Shown: piece after piece, positions 38,782 to 53,632 of the stretch | Position numbering within the stretch: position 1 is the stretch's first letter | Layout of the letters: every line of letters begins with the position of its first letter | NCBI RefSeq assembly: GCF_009914755.1 | Contig: NC_060941.1 | Direction: 5' to 3' (one strand) | From: the human T2T-CHM13v2.0 reference genome, Homo sapiens | Length of the DNA: 64,000 nucleotides | Made by a program: the position numbers and the translations under genes | The notes under the pieces: model-generated | Seen by the model: the letters and a program-made list of their open reading frames with translations, nothing else | The model's database searches: none | Told to the model about the DNA's origin: nothing

Positions 38782-41243
38782 TGAACTCCCGACCTCAGGT
38801 GATCCGCCCAACTTGGCCTCCCAAAGTGCTGGGATTACAGGTGTGAGCCACTGCACCCAGCCTACATTTTCATATTACAGCAGCTTTCATCCCAAATTCA
38901 GACAAAAGGTGTTACGTTTGCTAAGGAGAAAGTCTCTTATTAATCTAAAATTAATATCAAAACAACTATATACCAGCTCAACATGACAAAATTATTATTT
39001 GGGAATAATCTGGACGACCTTTACTTTGGATATGCAAATTTACAGATGTAAGATTAAGGATTTTGAGAATATTTCTTTGTGCATATCTTACATAAGGACT
39101 AAGCCCAGAAGACTACACTTGCTAAGAATAACTCAAAAAGGTAGGTTATCATCTAATATGATCCTAGCACAGCAGTAACAAAAACAATTATCTGACCTTT
39201 CACATTAGATAAGAATGTTTCACAACAAATAGTACCGACAAGTATTACACTTTACAGTTTACAAAAGCCCAAAATTTCATAACCACCCTGCAAATTAGTA
39301 GGCAAGAGAGACATCACTAATCCCCATTTGAAAGATAAGGAACCCAGTGATTCCTGTGCATTCTGTGATGGCAGATTTACCACATCTGCCAAATGATGAA
39401 ATACTGTCATAACTCTTACAGTAATGCATCTCCTTCAAACTTTAGATATGAATGAAGAGTTAAACACATTTCATATTGCTTTAGCTCGATAAAATCCTGA
39501 TCTGATCACAAATCAAGCCCACCAACAACAGATCCGTCCAGCTACTATGGTAGATTGTTGGAAGGGCAATAAATTCAAGATAAAAATTTCAGAAGAGATA
39601 AGCCAGGATCATGGTCATATGGTCTGAACTACACAGTTTGGCATTCTAAACATAACAGTTGTAACAAGATATGGGTGAGCCTTTAAATTTTTATGTGGGT
39701 ATTTGGTATGAAAGACACTTGTAAAAATAAAAAAATAAAATGTATGTAGGGAAAGCTCTGAGCTTAGGACACTGCTACCAACACCTAGGTCTATTATATT
39801 TTTAAACACAGAACTGGCTCAAGGTAGCCATAAGAAAACCAACACACTAGGTGTTGACACCATCAGAGGATTTGGAATGCCAGCAAGCTCTATTTTCAGC
39901 AACTACCACATCCTTAACTAGCACGTTCCCATTTGTGGGGGAGGGAGCTAGGAGGAGGAAATTTTCACTTTTCCTTTGACTTATATTCTGCCAAAGGCTA
40001 ACTTCATTTGAAAAAAAAAAATTCAACCTCCTAGAGACGTAGATCTAAGCTATCTCTGTGATAAAAAGCTGGACAACGTTTAGGAAACTGTTGTATGAGT
40101 CTAAATGACAAAATCTAGTAACAAATGGCCATTAAGTAGGGTGACCACAAGGCAAGTTTGTTGCCCAGGACAATCCCAGTTTATGCCTGCTGTTGTAGCT
40201 GATGAATTAGTCTGTCTTTTCAAGATATACTCATGTGGATGTTAAATTATGGTGACTTTCATTATTATTTGCTACAATTTAATAAATTTAAATGAACATC
40301 TGAAATTGTTCTTAGGGCCATGACTAGCATTAACATTTAGTCAGAGAACCATGAGGTTCTGTTGGCAACCAATTCGTCAATTTGGATATATCAATACCTA
40401 AATATATCAAGCTGGCCGGGCGCAGTGGTTCATGCCTATAATCCCTGCACTTTGGGGAGGCCACAGTGGGAGGATCGCTTGAACCCAGGAGTTACCTGGA
40501 CAACACAGTGGGATCCCGTCTCCACAAAAAAAAAGTTTTAATTAGCTGGTCATGGCGGTACCAGCTACCTGGTGGGAAGATCACATGAGCTCAGGAGTTC
40601 AACATCAGCCTGGGCAATCCGCTGGGACCAGGCCTCTACCAAAAAAATTTTTTTGCCAGCCATGGTGGCTCACGCCTGTAATCGCAAAACTTTGGGAGGC
40701 CGAGGCAGGTGAATCTTGAGCTCGAGTTCAAGACCTGGGCAACATGGTAAAATCCTGTCTCTACAAAAATTAGCCAGAAGTGGTGGTATACTTCTGTAGC
40801 CCCAGCTACTTGGCATGCTGAGGTGCCCAGGGGGTCAAAGCTGCAGTGAGCCATAAATGTGACACTGCATCCCAGCCTGAGTAATATACTGAGATCTTGT
40901 CTCGGGAAAAAAGAAAAAGAAAAAGAAAAAAAAGTTCTTTTAAATTATCCAGGTATTGTGGTGCACAGCTGTGGGCCCAGCTAAGTGGGAGGCTGAGATG
41001 GGATGATCATTTGGGCCTGGGAGGTTGAGGATGCAGTGAATCGTTACTGCATCAATGCAATCCAAGCCTGGCCAACAAAGCAAGACCTTGTCTCAAAAAA
41101 GTATATGTATCTATCTCAAACTGTTAACTGACCATTTCAAAAATAGTGAAAATAGCCATTTTTCTTGCTGCTCTTTCCTACTCCTTAATGGATTCCATTA
41201 GACAGCTATCTAGCCAACCACCCGGAACAACACTGGTGAATCA

Positions 41244-41567
<324 letters not shown>

Positions 41568-41855
41568 TCAAAAAAAAAAAAAAGTTGTATGACTACATCA
41601 CTAACCTAACAACTTAATAGCATTCACTAAGACAAAGGTGGCCGGGGGTGGTGGCTCACGCCTATAATCCCAGCACTTTGGGAGGCCAAGTCTGACAGAT
41701 TGCTTGAGTCCAGGAATTCCAAGACCAGCCTGGGCAACATGGTGAAACCCCATCTCTACTAAAACACAAAAGAAATTAGCTGGGAGTGGTGGATCGCGCC
41801 ACTGTACTCCAGCACTCCAGCCTGGGTGACAGAGCAAGACTCCATCTCTCCAAAA

Positions 41856-41857
41856 AA

Positions 41858-41896
<39 letters not shown>

Positions 41897-41897
41897 A
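41856..41897 (+). repeat. (AAAT)n Alu-tail microsatellite
   Basis: Direct reading. Confidence 0.93.
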
Positions 41898-43487
41898 ATT
41901 TAAAAACATACAAACAAACAAAAAAAACAGCTACTTAAGAGGCTGAGGTGGGGGGATCACCTGAGACTGGAAGGTAGAGGCTGCAGTGAGCCAAGATCGC
42001 ACCACTGCACTACAGCCTGGGTGACCAAGTGAGACCCTGTCTCAAAAAAAAAAAAAGGAAAAAGATAAAAGTGAGAGGAGAAAATATTTTAAAGCTACTT
42101 TACAGAAATGCATAGCATCAGCCATATCCCAGTACAGACATTATGATAAACTACGGGGCTTTTCTTTTCTTGAGACAGGCTCTCCCTCTGTGGCCCAGAC
42201 TGGAGTGCAATGGTGCGATGTGGGCTCACTGCAATCTCCACCTCCCAGGGTCAAGCGATTTCCCACCTCAGCCTCCTCAGTAGCTGGGACTAAAGGCACA
42301 AGCCATCACAGGCCAGCTAATTTTTGTATTTTTAGTAGAGACTGGTTTTCACCATGTTGGTCAGGATGGTCTCAAACTCCTGACCTCAGGTGATCCGCCC
42401 ACCTCGGCCTCCCACAGTGCTGGGATTGCAGGTGTTTGAGCCGCGGAACCCGGCTGGGGCTTTTCTTTTTTTGGTTGTTTTTTTCTTTTGCTTAAAGAGG
42501 TGACATCTGCCTACAATAAATCATGTTTTTTAAGAATCTGTATGCGAATAAACATTCTGAGAGTACCTAAACTTCACCTCATTTTAATTTCGCTGTGCCT
42601 TGAGATGGGATTTTATCTCTGAAAAAAACCATCAGGTTTCTTTAGGAAAGTGAAAAGATTTTGTCTACAATTCACCATGGATATCAGTCATCACAAACAT
42701 CAAGATGTGAAGTAGATGCTATTAGAATTGTTAAAGAACAAGCATCAAGCATACGCTACTCACCCCCTACTCCCCTGAAAGGCACCACCTTACTTCACAG
42801 AGGTCTTTTGAGTGGCTGAGAGTAAGTGTACCGATCTAAAGGTCAGCAGACACTAAGTTCTGGCTTTACCATTTAATAACTGATTAGCCACATGATCATA
42901 AAAAAATCTCTCTCTCAAACTCACTTTCTTGAACCAGAAAATGGGAGTAACGCTCTACCTGCTTCAATCTTGTTACATAAATTAAAAACTTTTGTCAACG
43001 TGGGCTGTGAACTGAGGTACTGCATAATGTCATATACACATATGTAAAGTTTAGGCCAGAAGCAGTGACTCACACCTGTAATCCCAGCACTTTGGGAGGC
43101 CAAGGTGGGAGTCCAGGAATTCAAGACCAGCCTGGGCAACATAGAGACCTCAAATCCACAAAAAAAAAAAAAAAAAAAAAAAAACACAAAAATTAGGCCG
43201 GTGCAACAGTCCCAGCTACTAGGGAAGCTGAGGCAGGAGGGTCACTGGAACTCAGGAGGTCGAGCCTGCAGTAAGCTATAATGGCGACACTGCACTTCAG
43301 CCTGGGTCACAAAGCAAGACCCTGTTTCAAAAAAAAATTTTTTTTTAATTTAGCCTTCCCATAAATACATACACCTAATATGTGCCCATTAAAAAATTAA
43401 AAATTTAGGCCAGGTACAGTGGCTCATACCTGTAATGCTAGCCCTTTGGGAGGCTGAGGCGGGAGGATCACCTGAGGTCAGGAGTCA

Positions 43488-43685
<198 letters not shown>

Positions 43686-44031
43686 TCAAAAAAATAAATA
43701 AAAATAAAACTGCAGCCTTTACTCCATGCTTGTCATTACTGTTTGTGTACACAGTGTTCTTGAAATATAAAGAAAAAATATGCCTGCAGTATCAGTCACC
43801 CTTACAGTCATCCATGAAAAAAAAAAACAATCAGGCCGGGTGTGGTGGCTCACGCCTGTAATTCCAACACTTTGGGAGGCCGAGGCAGGCAGATCACCTG
43901 AGGTCAGGAGTTCAAGACCAGCCTGGCAAACATGGTAAAACCCTGTCTCTACCAAAAACACAAAAATTGGCTGGGTGCGGTGGCTCACACCTGTAATCCC
44001 AGCAGTTTGGGAGGCTGAGGTGGGCAGATCA

Positions 44032-44268
<237 letters not shown>

Positions 44269-44923
44269 TTACTCAGTTCTGTCTATGCATTTAAGAAGGA
44301 GAAAAATAAACTTTACTCCAGAAAGTTAGTCCATTAACTGAAACGGCAATGGAAAATTACTGGCCTACAGTCAAAGAACTGGTAGTTAATCTAAATACTT
44401 CTAAACTTATTAACAACGTTAATTTACTACTACCTATTTTTTTCCTAACAAGACCGTAGTAAAAAGTTCATTCCACACATGCTCCCTTCCCTGTTCTTCA
44501 CTAACTAGCAGAATAAGCTAGCTAGAGATGAGGATCTGGTGTTTTAAAAGGACAGCTCTCAGCGGGCTCAGTGGCTCACGCCTGTAACCCCAGCACTCTG
44601 GGAGGCCGAGGCGGGCGGATCACCTGAGGTCAGGAGTTCGAGATCAGCCTGGCCAACATGGCGAAACCCCATCTCTACTAAAAATACAAAATTAGCCTGG
44701 CATAGTGGCGGATGCCTGTAATCCCAGCTACTCTTGGAGGCTGAGGCAGGAGAATCGCTTGAACCCAGGGGATGGAGGTTGCAGTGAGCCGAGATCGCGC
44801 TATTGCACTACAGCCTGGGCGACAAGAGCAAGACTCCGTCTCAAAAAAAAGACAGCTCTTGACCAGGCGCGGTGGCTCAGGTCCTTAATGTCAGCACTTT
44901 GGGAGACTGAGGTGGGCGGATCA

Positions 44924-45109
<186 letters not shown>

Positions 45110-45311
45110 TCAATAAAGCCTGGGAGACAGAGCGAGACTCCGTCTCAAAAGAAAAAAAAGACAGCTCTCAAGTAAATGACTCAACAGATGCATTCCTAGG
45201 GAATCCAACATGACCATCAAAACTTCATCCTACCTTCCATGAAGCCAATCTTGATAGGGAAGAGACTAGGAAAGGACAAAACCAACAACAGCCCCACAAG
45301 CCCAAATGTAG

Positions 45312-45741
<430 letters not shown>

Positions 45742-48700
45742 TCAAGTGATTCTTCCACCTCAACCTCCTCAGTAGCTATGCCCGGATAATTTTTTTATTT
45801 TTGTAGAGACAGGGTTTCACCATGTTGGCCAGGCTGGTCTTGAACTCCCGACCTCAGGTGATCCACCCGCCTCGACCTCCCAAGGTGCTGGGATTACAGG
45901 CGTGAGCCACCCCGCCCGGCCTTTCTTCCCCACTTTCTTGTACTATTTCATATACGGGACAGTAAGAGCTGTTTGAGAAATGCTAAGAAATAATGGACTT
46001 GCTTAATATGGTTTCAAAGGAGGTAAAAACGATTCGAATAGACTACTGGCTTGTTAAAGTGATGAGATGCTAGATTTAATCTTCAACTCCCAGCCCCAAA
46101 CTTAAATATTTCCTGTGACCCAAAATTGTCATTTTCCTGAACACAGGTTAGCTCTTCCTCCCGTACTGTTAAATAATCCATATAAATTGATTCCAACGCC
46201 CCAGGATAGAATTAAATGAGGATACAAAGAAGTTTAGGCACTAATTCAACACAGCAAGCAAAATAAAATAAGCCTGCTGCAGTAACAGAGAGATAAAAGG
46301 GCAGCTGGAAACCCAGCATTTGGGTACAAGTACCCAACAAAGAAATCCTGCCAATACACTGTCTTACCTTCTTCCACCCCCGACACCTGCTAAGTTCTGT
46401 TTGGTGACCAGAACTCCGGGAAAACTTTGCCACCAGAAACAAAAAAATACCGCACTCAATAAAGGAATGGACACAGGTAGAGGACACAGGTAGAAATTCC
46501 TGGTTTCTGTCTCCTCCTCCTCCTCTCCTTTCCACTGAGTCCCTACCTTATGCCCCAAGTCACAGCAATAGCTCCTCACCTTGTAGATCCTATTTCCTTA
46601 CCCCTTTAGATCCTGAAGGGGACACCTAACATTAACAACTGTAATAATGTGGCTGTATCAGAGTCCCATGTTCAATAACCAATAAGGGCTCTGGTCAGAA
46701 ATCCTCACCACTCACATCAAAAATATAATTATCACTAACCTGTACTTTATTTGGAAACTACAATCACAAGCTTTCAAATCAGTTTTTTAAAGGAGCTTTC
46801 AAAAAGAAAAAGACCTTTCCTCACATCCTTTCTAGTTATCACAGCAAGTTTACTTAAAAAGCCCCAATACCCACAAAATAGAAAGCATTCAAGTACAATT
46901 TGTTTCCTCCCAAGAACACTAACAGATTAAGAGGGGAACATCTGGAGATGAGGGGGCGGAGGAGGAGACTTCCAATACAAGCACATTCATATCTCTTTGA
47001 TTTTTAAACACTGAAATAAAGACAAAGCAGACCTTGAGCTGTACTTCCCCATCTTATCCCCCCCCCCCAACAGGAACCTTGTTGAATACAAATAGCAATT
47101 TAAGAATTTACAAGACGAAATTTAGTTCACTATATTTCCTAAATATGAGTTCTAGAGGCCTTGTCTTATTTTCAAATCCCTGAATCTTATTTCTGATGAT
47201 AAGGGGGACTAACCCTGAGGTTATTCACATGACTAAATCCGCATTTCGAGGAAAGCAAGGGCCCTAACATTTTGAAATATAGGTATTTTAATTAGGAAAA
47301 AAATCTAAGAATCAAAGATACTTGATTCCAACCATGTCTCACCCCACCCTACCACGCAAAAGCATTAAAACCACAGGACCCACAGACATGACCTTTCGTT
47401 TAATACTACAGTATCGCACAATTATAAATGTGTGGGTATTTCAAAAGGTGGTCCAAAAGGTGGACTGGGAGAGAGGATTAAGAATAAACTTCCTGACAAT
47501 GACTGGACAGACACAATGGACATTCGATGAAGTTCTGAAAAAGGACTGGAGAACCCATTAGGGGCAAAAGAACAACGAACAAAGAGGACCTACTAATATT
47601 TCTACATAAACCCATTTATTTAAAACGGAAAAAAAGAAAGCAACAGGATCTTCAACCTTCATAACTCAAAAAACCCAGCCTCAGCCGAGCGCCTGGAATA
47701 GGTTAAGATCCCCCACGAAGTACAGACCAGCATTCCGAGCCTGCAGAGTCAACCAAAATACAGTTACTGAACACTATTGGAAATAACTTTATTTCAACAG
47801 GTCTTCCCATTTGTCATCACGGTGCGCACAAACTGTAAAGTCATCGTTTTTACAAACGGGGGGACGGAGGCTCGGGCTCTACAAAGGCTCGAACTCTCAG
47901 AGTCGTGGCCTCCTGGTTCTATCCATCAGAACCCACGGGTGATGGAGCCAGAGAAAGGTTACAGGAACTTCGAGATCTCCTGTTTTAAGTCTGAGGAAAG
48001 GGAGGGAGTGAGGATTTTCTGGGCCTCCCCAGAAGACGACGAGGAGGAAAAGCCCCGAAACCCCTCACTACGAGGTGCCGGCCTACGGGAAAGAAACCCG
48101 ATCGCAGCATGGGAGCCTGCCACCGCCCGAAGACGAACTGCAGTGATTCCCACTCACCCCTCTCCCCCCACCATCATCCACGACTGTCCCCCACCTCAGG
48201 CCTGAGGAAGCCCATCGCTCTCAAAGGTCCTCCTTTGTGAGACTCCACGGCCGCCGCCCCACACGGGGCCTCCGGGGAAAAGCCACCGCCCCCACCCGCC
48301 ATATTTCCCTGAAAGGCGCCCGCGCTACAGCTCCCGGTCTTCGCTCTCTCCCATGTGGCGGGTGCTGCTTCCCCCGTCACCCCACCCAATTGTTCTCCAC
48401 ATCCCAAGGCCGTCCCAGAAGCTCCCATGAGGGTGGCTCGTTCGGAGACAGCACCCGCCATCTCCTCCCCCTCCCCCGCCCCGGGACTCGCCCTCCCCCC
48501 AGCCGCCATTTTACAACCAACTCCTCCACCCCGTCGCCCCGGCCTCCCGGCCCGCGAGTTGTTTGCAGTTAAGGACGGCGAAGGGGTCACATTCCAGGGC
48601 ATAGAGCCTCCCATCGCCCCGGGAGCTCCCAGGCCATTTCCTGCTTCCCGAACCCAAGCCCCCGGGCCAGGCTCGCAGACGATGCCGCCATTTTGTCTCC

Positions 48701-48770
48701 TGTTCCCGGCCTCTGTGGGCGGCGGCAGAGGGTCCGAGAATTCCAGCCCCCCGTTGCCCCCCCAACTCAC

Positions 48771-48834
48771 CGTCGTATCGCTCAGCCTGCTCGGCCAGCT
48801 TCGCCTGGTACACCAGATCCTCTCGATCATCCAT
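48771..48834 (-). CDS. YWHAE: 14-3-3 protein epsilon, coding part of exon 1 (MDDREDLVYQAKLAEQAERYD, phase 1)
   Basis: ATG at 48834-48832 in context GCCGCTATGG; translation matches the 14-3-3 epsilon N-terminus; donor GTGAGT at 48770-48765. Confidence 0.99.
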
Positions 48835-48919
48835 AGCGGCAGCGGCTCCGGCAGGGTCTGCGCGACGGATGGAAGCGGATAGTGTCTCCGACTCTCTCAG
48901 CCTCTCGCTCCGCGTCCGG

Positions 48920-49030
48920 GCAGCAAAAATGGCGGCGCCTCAATCCGGGACTTCCGCCTGCGCACGCGGACAACTGCTCAGCTCTATGGCAACCGCTCCC
49001 TGGCAACTGGCGCGGGGGGCGGGTCCTGGA
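48920..49030 (-). promoter_or_regulatory. TATA-less core promoter: YY1/initiator GCCGCCATTTT (48926-48936), ETS GGCGGAAGT (about 48950-48958), NRF1-like TGCGCACGCG (48959-48968), two RFX-like half sites TGGCAAC (about 48987-49007), GC box (about 49014-49023)
   Basis: Motif matches read directly just upstream of the 5' UTR; typical housekeeping arrangement. Binding not shown. Confidence 0.7.
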
Positions 49031-49893
49031 ACTCGGCGCCCGAAGCGGCTGGAACGAGCGCACGAGACGCCTCTCCTCTGTCGGCTCAGCGGGCGCCGGA
49101 GCCCAGAGGCGGGAACTGCGACTGCCGAAAGGGAGCGGCCCCCGGGGAACGAGAAGGGCTGAGGCGGGGCCGGCCGGGACTGCTCCTGAAAAAAGCCAGC
49201 GAGAGACCTGGGTCAGACCGGGGCCCGAGGCCCGACCTGCGGAAAAGAACGACGGAGGCTGTAACGGTTTCTGTCATGGCAGGTCTTCTTTCCCGAAATC
49301 TGAGGCTGTCACTACCGCGCCCTGGTTTTCTTTTCTTTTTTCTTTTTTCTTTTTTCTTTTTGAGACGGAGTTTCCCTCTTGTTCCCCAGGCTGGAGTGCA
49401 GTGGTGCGATCTCGGGTTACCACAACGTCCGCCTTCCCGGGTTCAAGTGATTCTGCTGCCTCAGCCTCTCGAGTAGCTGGGATTTCAGGCCCCCGCCACC
49501 ACCCCCAGCTTTTGTATTTTTAATAGAGATGGGGTTTCACCATGTTGGCCAGGCTGGTCTCGAACTCCCGACCTCAGATGATCCGCCCCCCCTCGGCCTC
49601 CCAAAGCGCTGGGATTCCAGGGGTGAGCCACCGCGCCCAGCCCACGTCCTAGTTTTCTCGGCCAAGCCTGGTCATGGGCCTTTTTCAGACACTTTTAGAC
49701 TCAGGGTAACGAACCGGGCCCTGGCCGGGCGCGGCGGCTCATGCCTGTCATCCCAGCACTTTGGGAGGCCAAGGCGGGAGGATCACAAGGTCAGGAGTTC
49801 GAGACCAGCCTGGCCAATATAGTGAAACCCCGTCTCTACTAAAAATACAAAAAATTAGCTTGGCATGGTGGTGCATGCCTGTCATCCCAGCTA

Positions 49894-50180
<287 letters not shown>

Positions 50181-50833
50181 TCAAAACAAAGAAAAAGAAA
50201 AAAAACGAACTGGGCCCTGTTACAGTTGTCAGGGACAGGGGAGCTCCAGTTTTCACGCCTCAACTTTCCCCTCACACTGATCTTTGTCTTCTCCTGTTTA
50301 ACCTTTTTCCCTCCCTAGGCCCACTATGAATAGGAGCAGGGAATTTGTTAGATGAGGGTGGTGTGGAGTACATGGTACAGAAGAGTTGGACCAAGATCAA
50401 ATAAAGATTGTGGAGGCAGGAATAACTCAGTGAACATTGCTTCAGCTTCTGGCGCTTGGGAGGCCCATGCGGAAGGATGACTTGAGCCCAGCCTGGGCAA
50501 CATAGCGAGACTCCATGTCTATAAAAACGTTTTTTTTTTTTTTTATTTGAGTCGGCATCTCGCTCTGTTGCCCAGGCTGGAGTGCAGTGTCGTGATCTCG
50601 GCTCACTGCAACCTCCACCTCCCGGGTTGAAGCAATTCTCCTGCTTCAGCCTCCCAAGTAGCTGAGACTACGGGCACATGCCACCACACCCGGCCAATTT
50701 TTTGTATTTTTAATAGAGACGGGGTTTCACCATGTTAGCCAGGGTGGCCTCGATCTCCTGACCTCGTGATCTGCCCACCTCGGCCTCCCAAAGTGCTGGG
50801 ATGACAGGCCTGAGCCATATCTTAGCAGTTTCA

Positions 50834-51001
<168 letters not shown>

Positions 51002-51355
51002 TCAAGCAATCCCACCTTGGCCTCCCAAGTAGTTGGGAAACTACAGGCTTGCACCAACGCACCCAATCTTGCATCCTATTTTGTGGCCAAGGGAGCTGTA
51101 TGATTTTGCGTGGAGGATGATGTCATCATAGTTATATTTCAGAAATATTAACAAATATTCCATAGCAATGATTAAAGAGGAGGATAACCAAACGTAATAC
51201 GTGGGAGCAATGAAAATAGAAAGGAAAGGATAAATAGGAATAGCACTATAGAGGGAAGCCACAAGCAGCTGATCAGATTGCAGCTCTTTTTTTTTTTTTT
51301 ACCATTACATATATAACATTTTATTATAATTTAAGGTATAGTCGATAATATAATG

Positions 51356-52785
51356 TTTTTTTTGTGTTTTTTTTGTTTTTTTTTTTAAATTGATCATTCT
51401 TGGGTGTTTCTCGCAGAGGGGGATTTGGCAGGGTCATAGGACAATAGTGGAGGGAAGGTTAGCAGATAAACATGTGAACAAGGGTCTCTGGTTTTCCTAG
51501 GCAGAGGACCCTGAGGCCTTCCGCAGTGTTTGTGTCCCTGGGTACTTGAGATTAGGGAGTGGTGATGACTCTTAACGAGCATGCTGCCTTCAAGCATCTG
51601 TTTAACAAAGCACATCTTGCACCGCCCTTAATCCATTTAACCCTGAGTGGACACAGCACATGTTTCAGAGAGCACAGGGTTGGGGGTAAGGTCACAGATC
51701 AACAGGATCCCAAGGCAGAAGAAGTTTTCTTAGTACAGAACAAAATGAGAAGTCTCCCATGTCTACCTCTTTCTACACAGACACGGCAAGCATCCAACCT
51801 CTCAATCTTTTCCCCACCTTTCCCCCCTTTCTATTCCACAAAACCGCCATTGTCATCATGGCCCGTTCTCAATGAGCTGCTGGGCACACCTCCCAGACGG
51901 GGTGGCGGCCGGGCAGAGGGGCTCCTCACTTCCCAGTAGGGGCGGCCGGGCAGATGCGCCCCTCACCTCCCGGACGGGGCGGCTGGCCGGGCGGGGGGCT
52001 GACCCCCCCACCTCCCTCCCGGACGGGGTGGCTGCCGGGCGGAGACGCTCCTCACTTCCCAGATGGGGTGGCTGCCGGGCGGAGGGGCTCCTCACTTCTC
52101 TGACGGGGCGGCTGCCGGGTGGAGGGGCTCCTCACTTCTCAGACGGGGCGGCCGGGCAGAGACGCTCCTCACCTCCCAGACGATGGGCGGCCGGGCAGAG
52201 ACGCTCCTCACTTCCTAGATGGGATGGCGGCCGGGCAGAGACGCTCCTCATTTTCCAGACTGGGCAGCCAGGCAGAGGGGCTCCTCACATCCCAGACGAT
52301 GGGCGGCCAGGCAGAGACGCTCCTCACTTCCCAGACAGGGTGGCAGCCGGGCAGAGGCTGCAATCTCGGCACTTTGAGGGGCCAAGGCAGGCGGCTGGGA
52401 GGTGGAGGTTGTAGCGAGCCGAGATCACGCCACTGCACTCCAGCCTGGGCACCACTGAGCACTGAGTGAACCAGACTCCGTCTGCAATCCCGGCACCTCG
52501 GGAGGCCGAGGCTGGCAGATCACTCGCGGTTAGGAGCTGGAGACCAGCCCGGCCAACACAGCGAAACCCCGTCTCCACCAAAAAAATACGAAAACCAGTC
52601 AGGCATGGCAGCGCGCGCCTGCAATCGCAGGCACTCGGCAGGCTGAGGCAGGAGAATCAGGCAGGGAGGTTGCAGTGAGCCGAGATGGCAGCAGTACAGT
52701 CCAGCTTCGGCTCGGCATCAGAGGGAGACCGTGGAAAGAGAGGGAGAGGGAGACTGTGGGGAGAGGGAGAGGGAGAGGGAGAGGG
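51356..52785 (-). mobile_element. Full-length SVA retrotransposon (about 1.4 kb)
   Basis: On the minus strand: (CCCTCT)n hexamers at about 52735-52785, Alu-like domain about 52350-52730, GC-rich VNTR about 51890-52350, SINE-R about 51390-51890, A-rich tail 51356-51386. Confidence 0.97.
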
Positions 52786-53086
<301 letters not shown>

Positions 53087-53230
53087 CAGATTGAAGATCT
53101 TATAATAAAAATTGACTTTCCATCTTTCCACCCTGAGAATATTAACAAAAAATGGGAATGCTAGGAACACTTGCTGATGGAATGCAGAGAAAGACAAAGT
53201 TCTTTTAGCACATGTTGGTTCAGAGGATCA

Positions 53231-53632
<402 letters not shown>

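Larger units (their letters stand above)
47850..49330. promoter_or_regulatory. CpG island spanning the YWHAE promoter, exon 1 and the start of intron 1
   Basis: Visibly high GC and dense CpG in non-repeat sequence around the first exon; edges approximate. Confidence 0.93.

Noticed and set aside
46360-46590. Strong minus-strand donors (AAG|GTAAGA at about 46367, AAG|GTGAG at about 46579) suggesting cryptic exons
   Set aside because: No convincing paired acceptor could be defined from sequence alone; such donors occur by chance in long introns.
47777-49523. Long ORFs (142-218 aa) over the CpG island on both strands
   Set aside because: Expected from stop-codon scarcity in GC-rich DNA; low-complexity translations with no recognisable domain.
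51890-52350. Repeat-spacer-like array (GCTCCTCACTTCCCAGAC units) resembling CRISPR
   Set aside because: It is the SVA VNTR in eukaryotic DNA; the intervening sequences are related to each other and there are no cas genes.
51559-52678. ORFs of up to 180 aa inside the SVA
   Set aside because: VNTR, SINE-R and Alu-like translations; SVA is non-autonomous.
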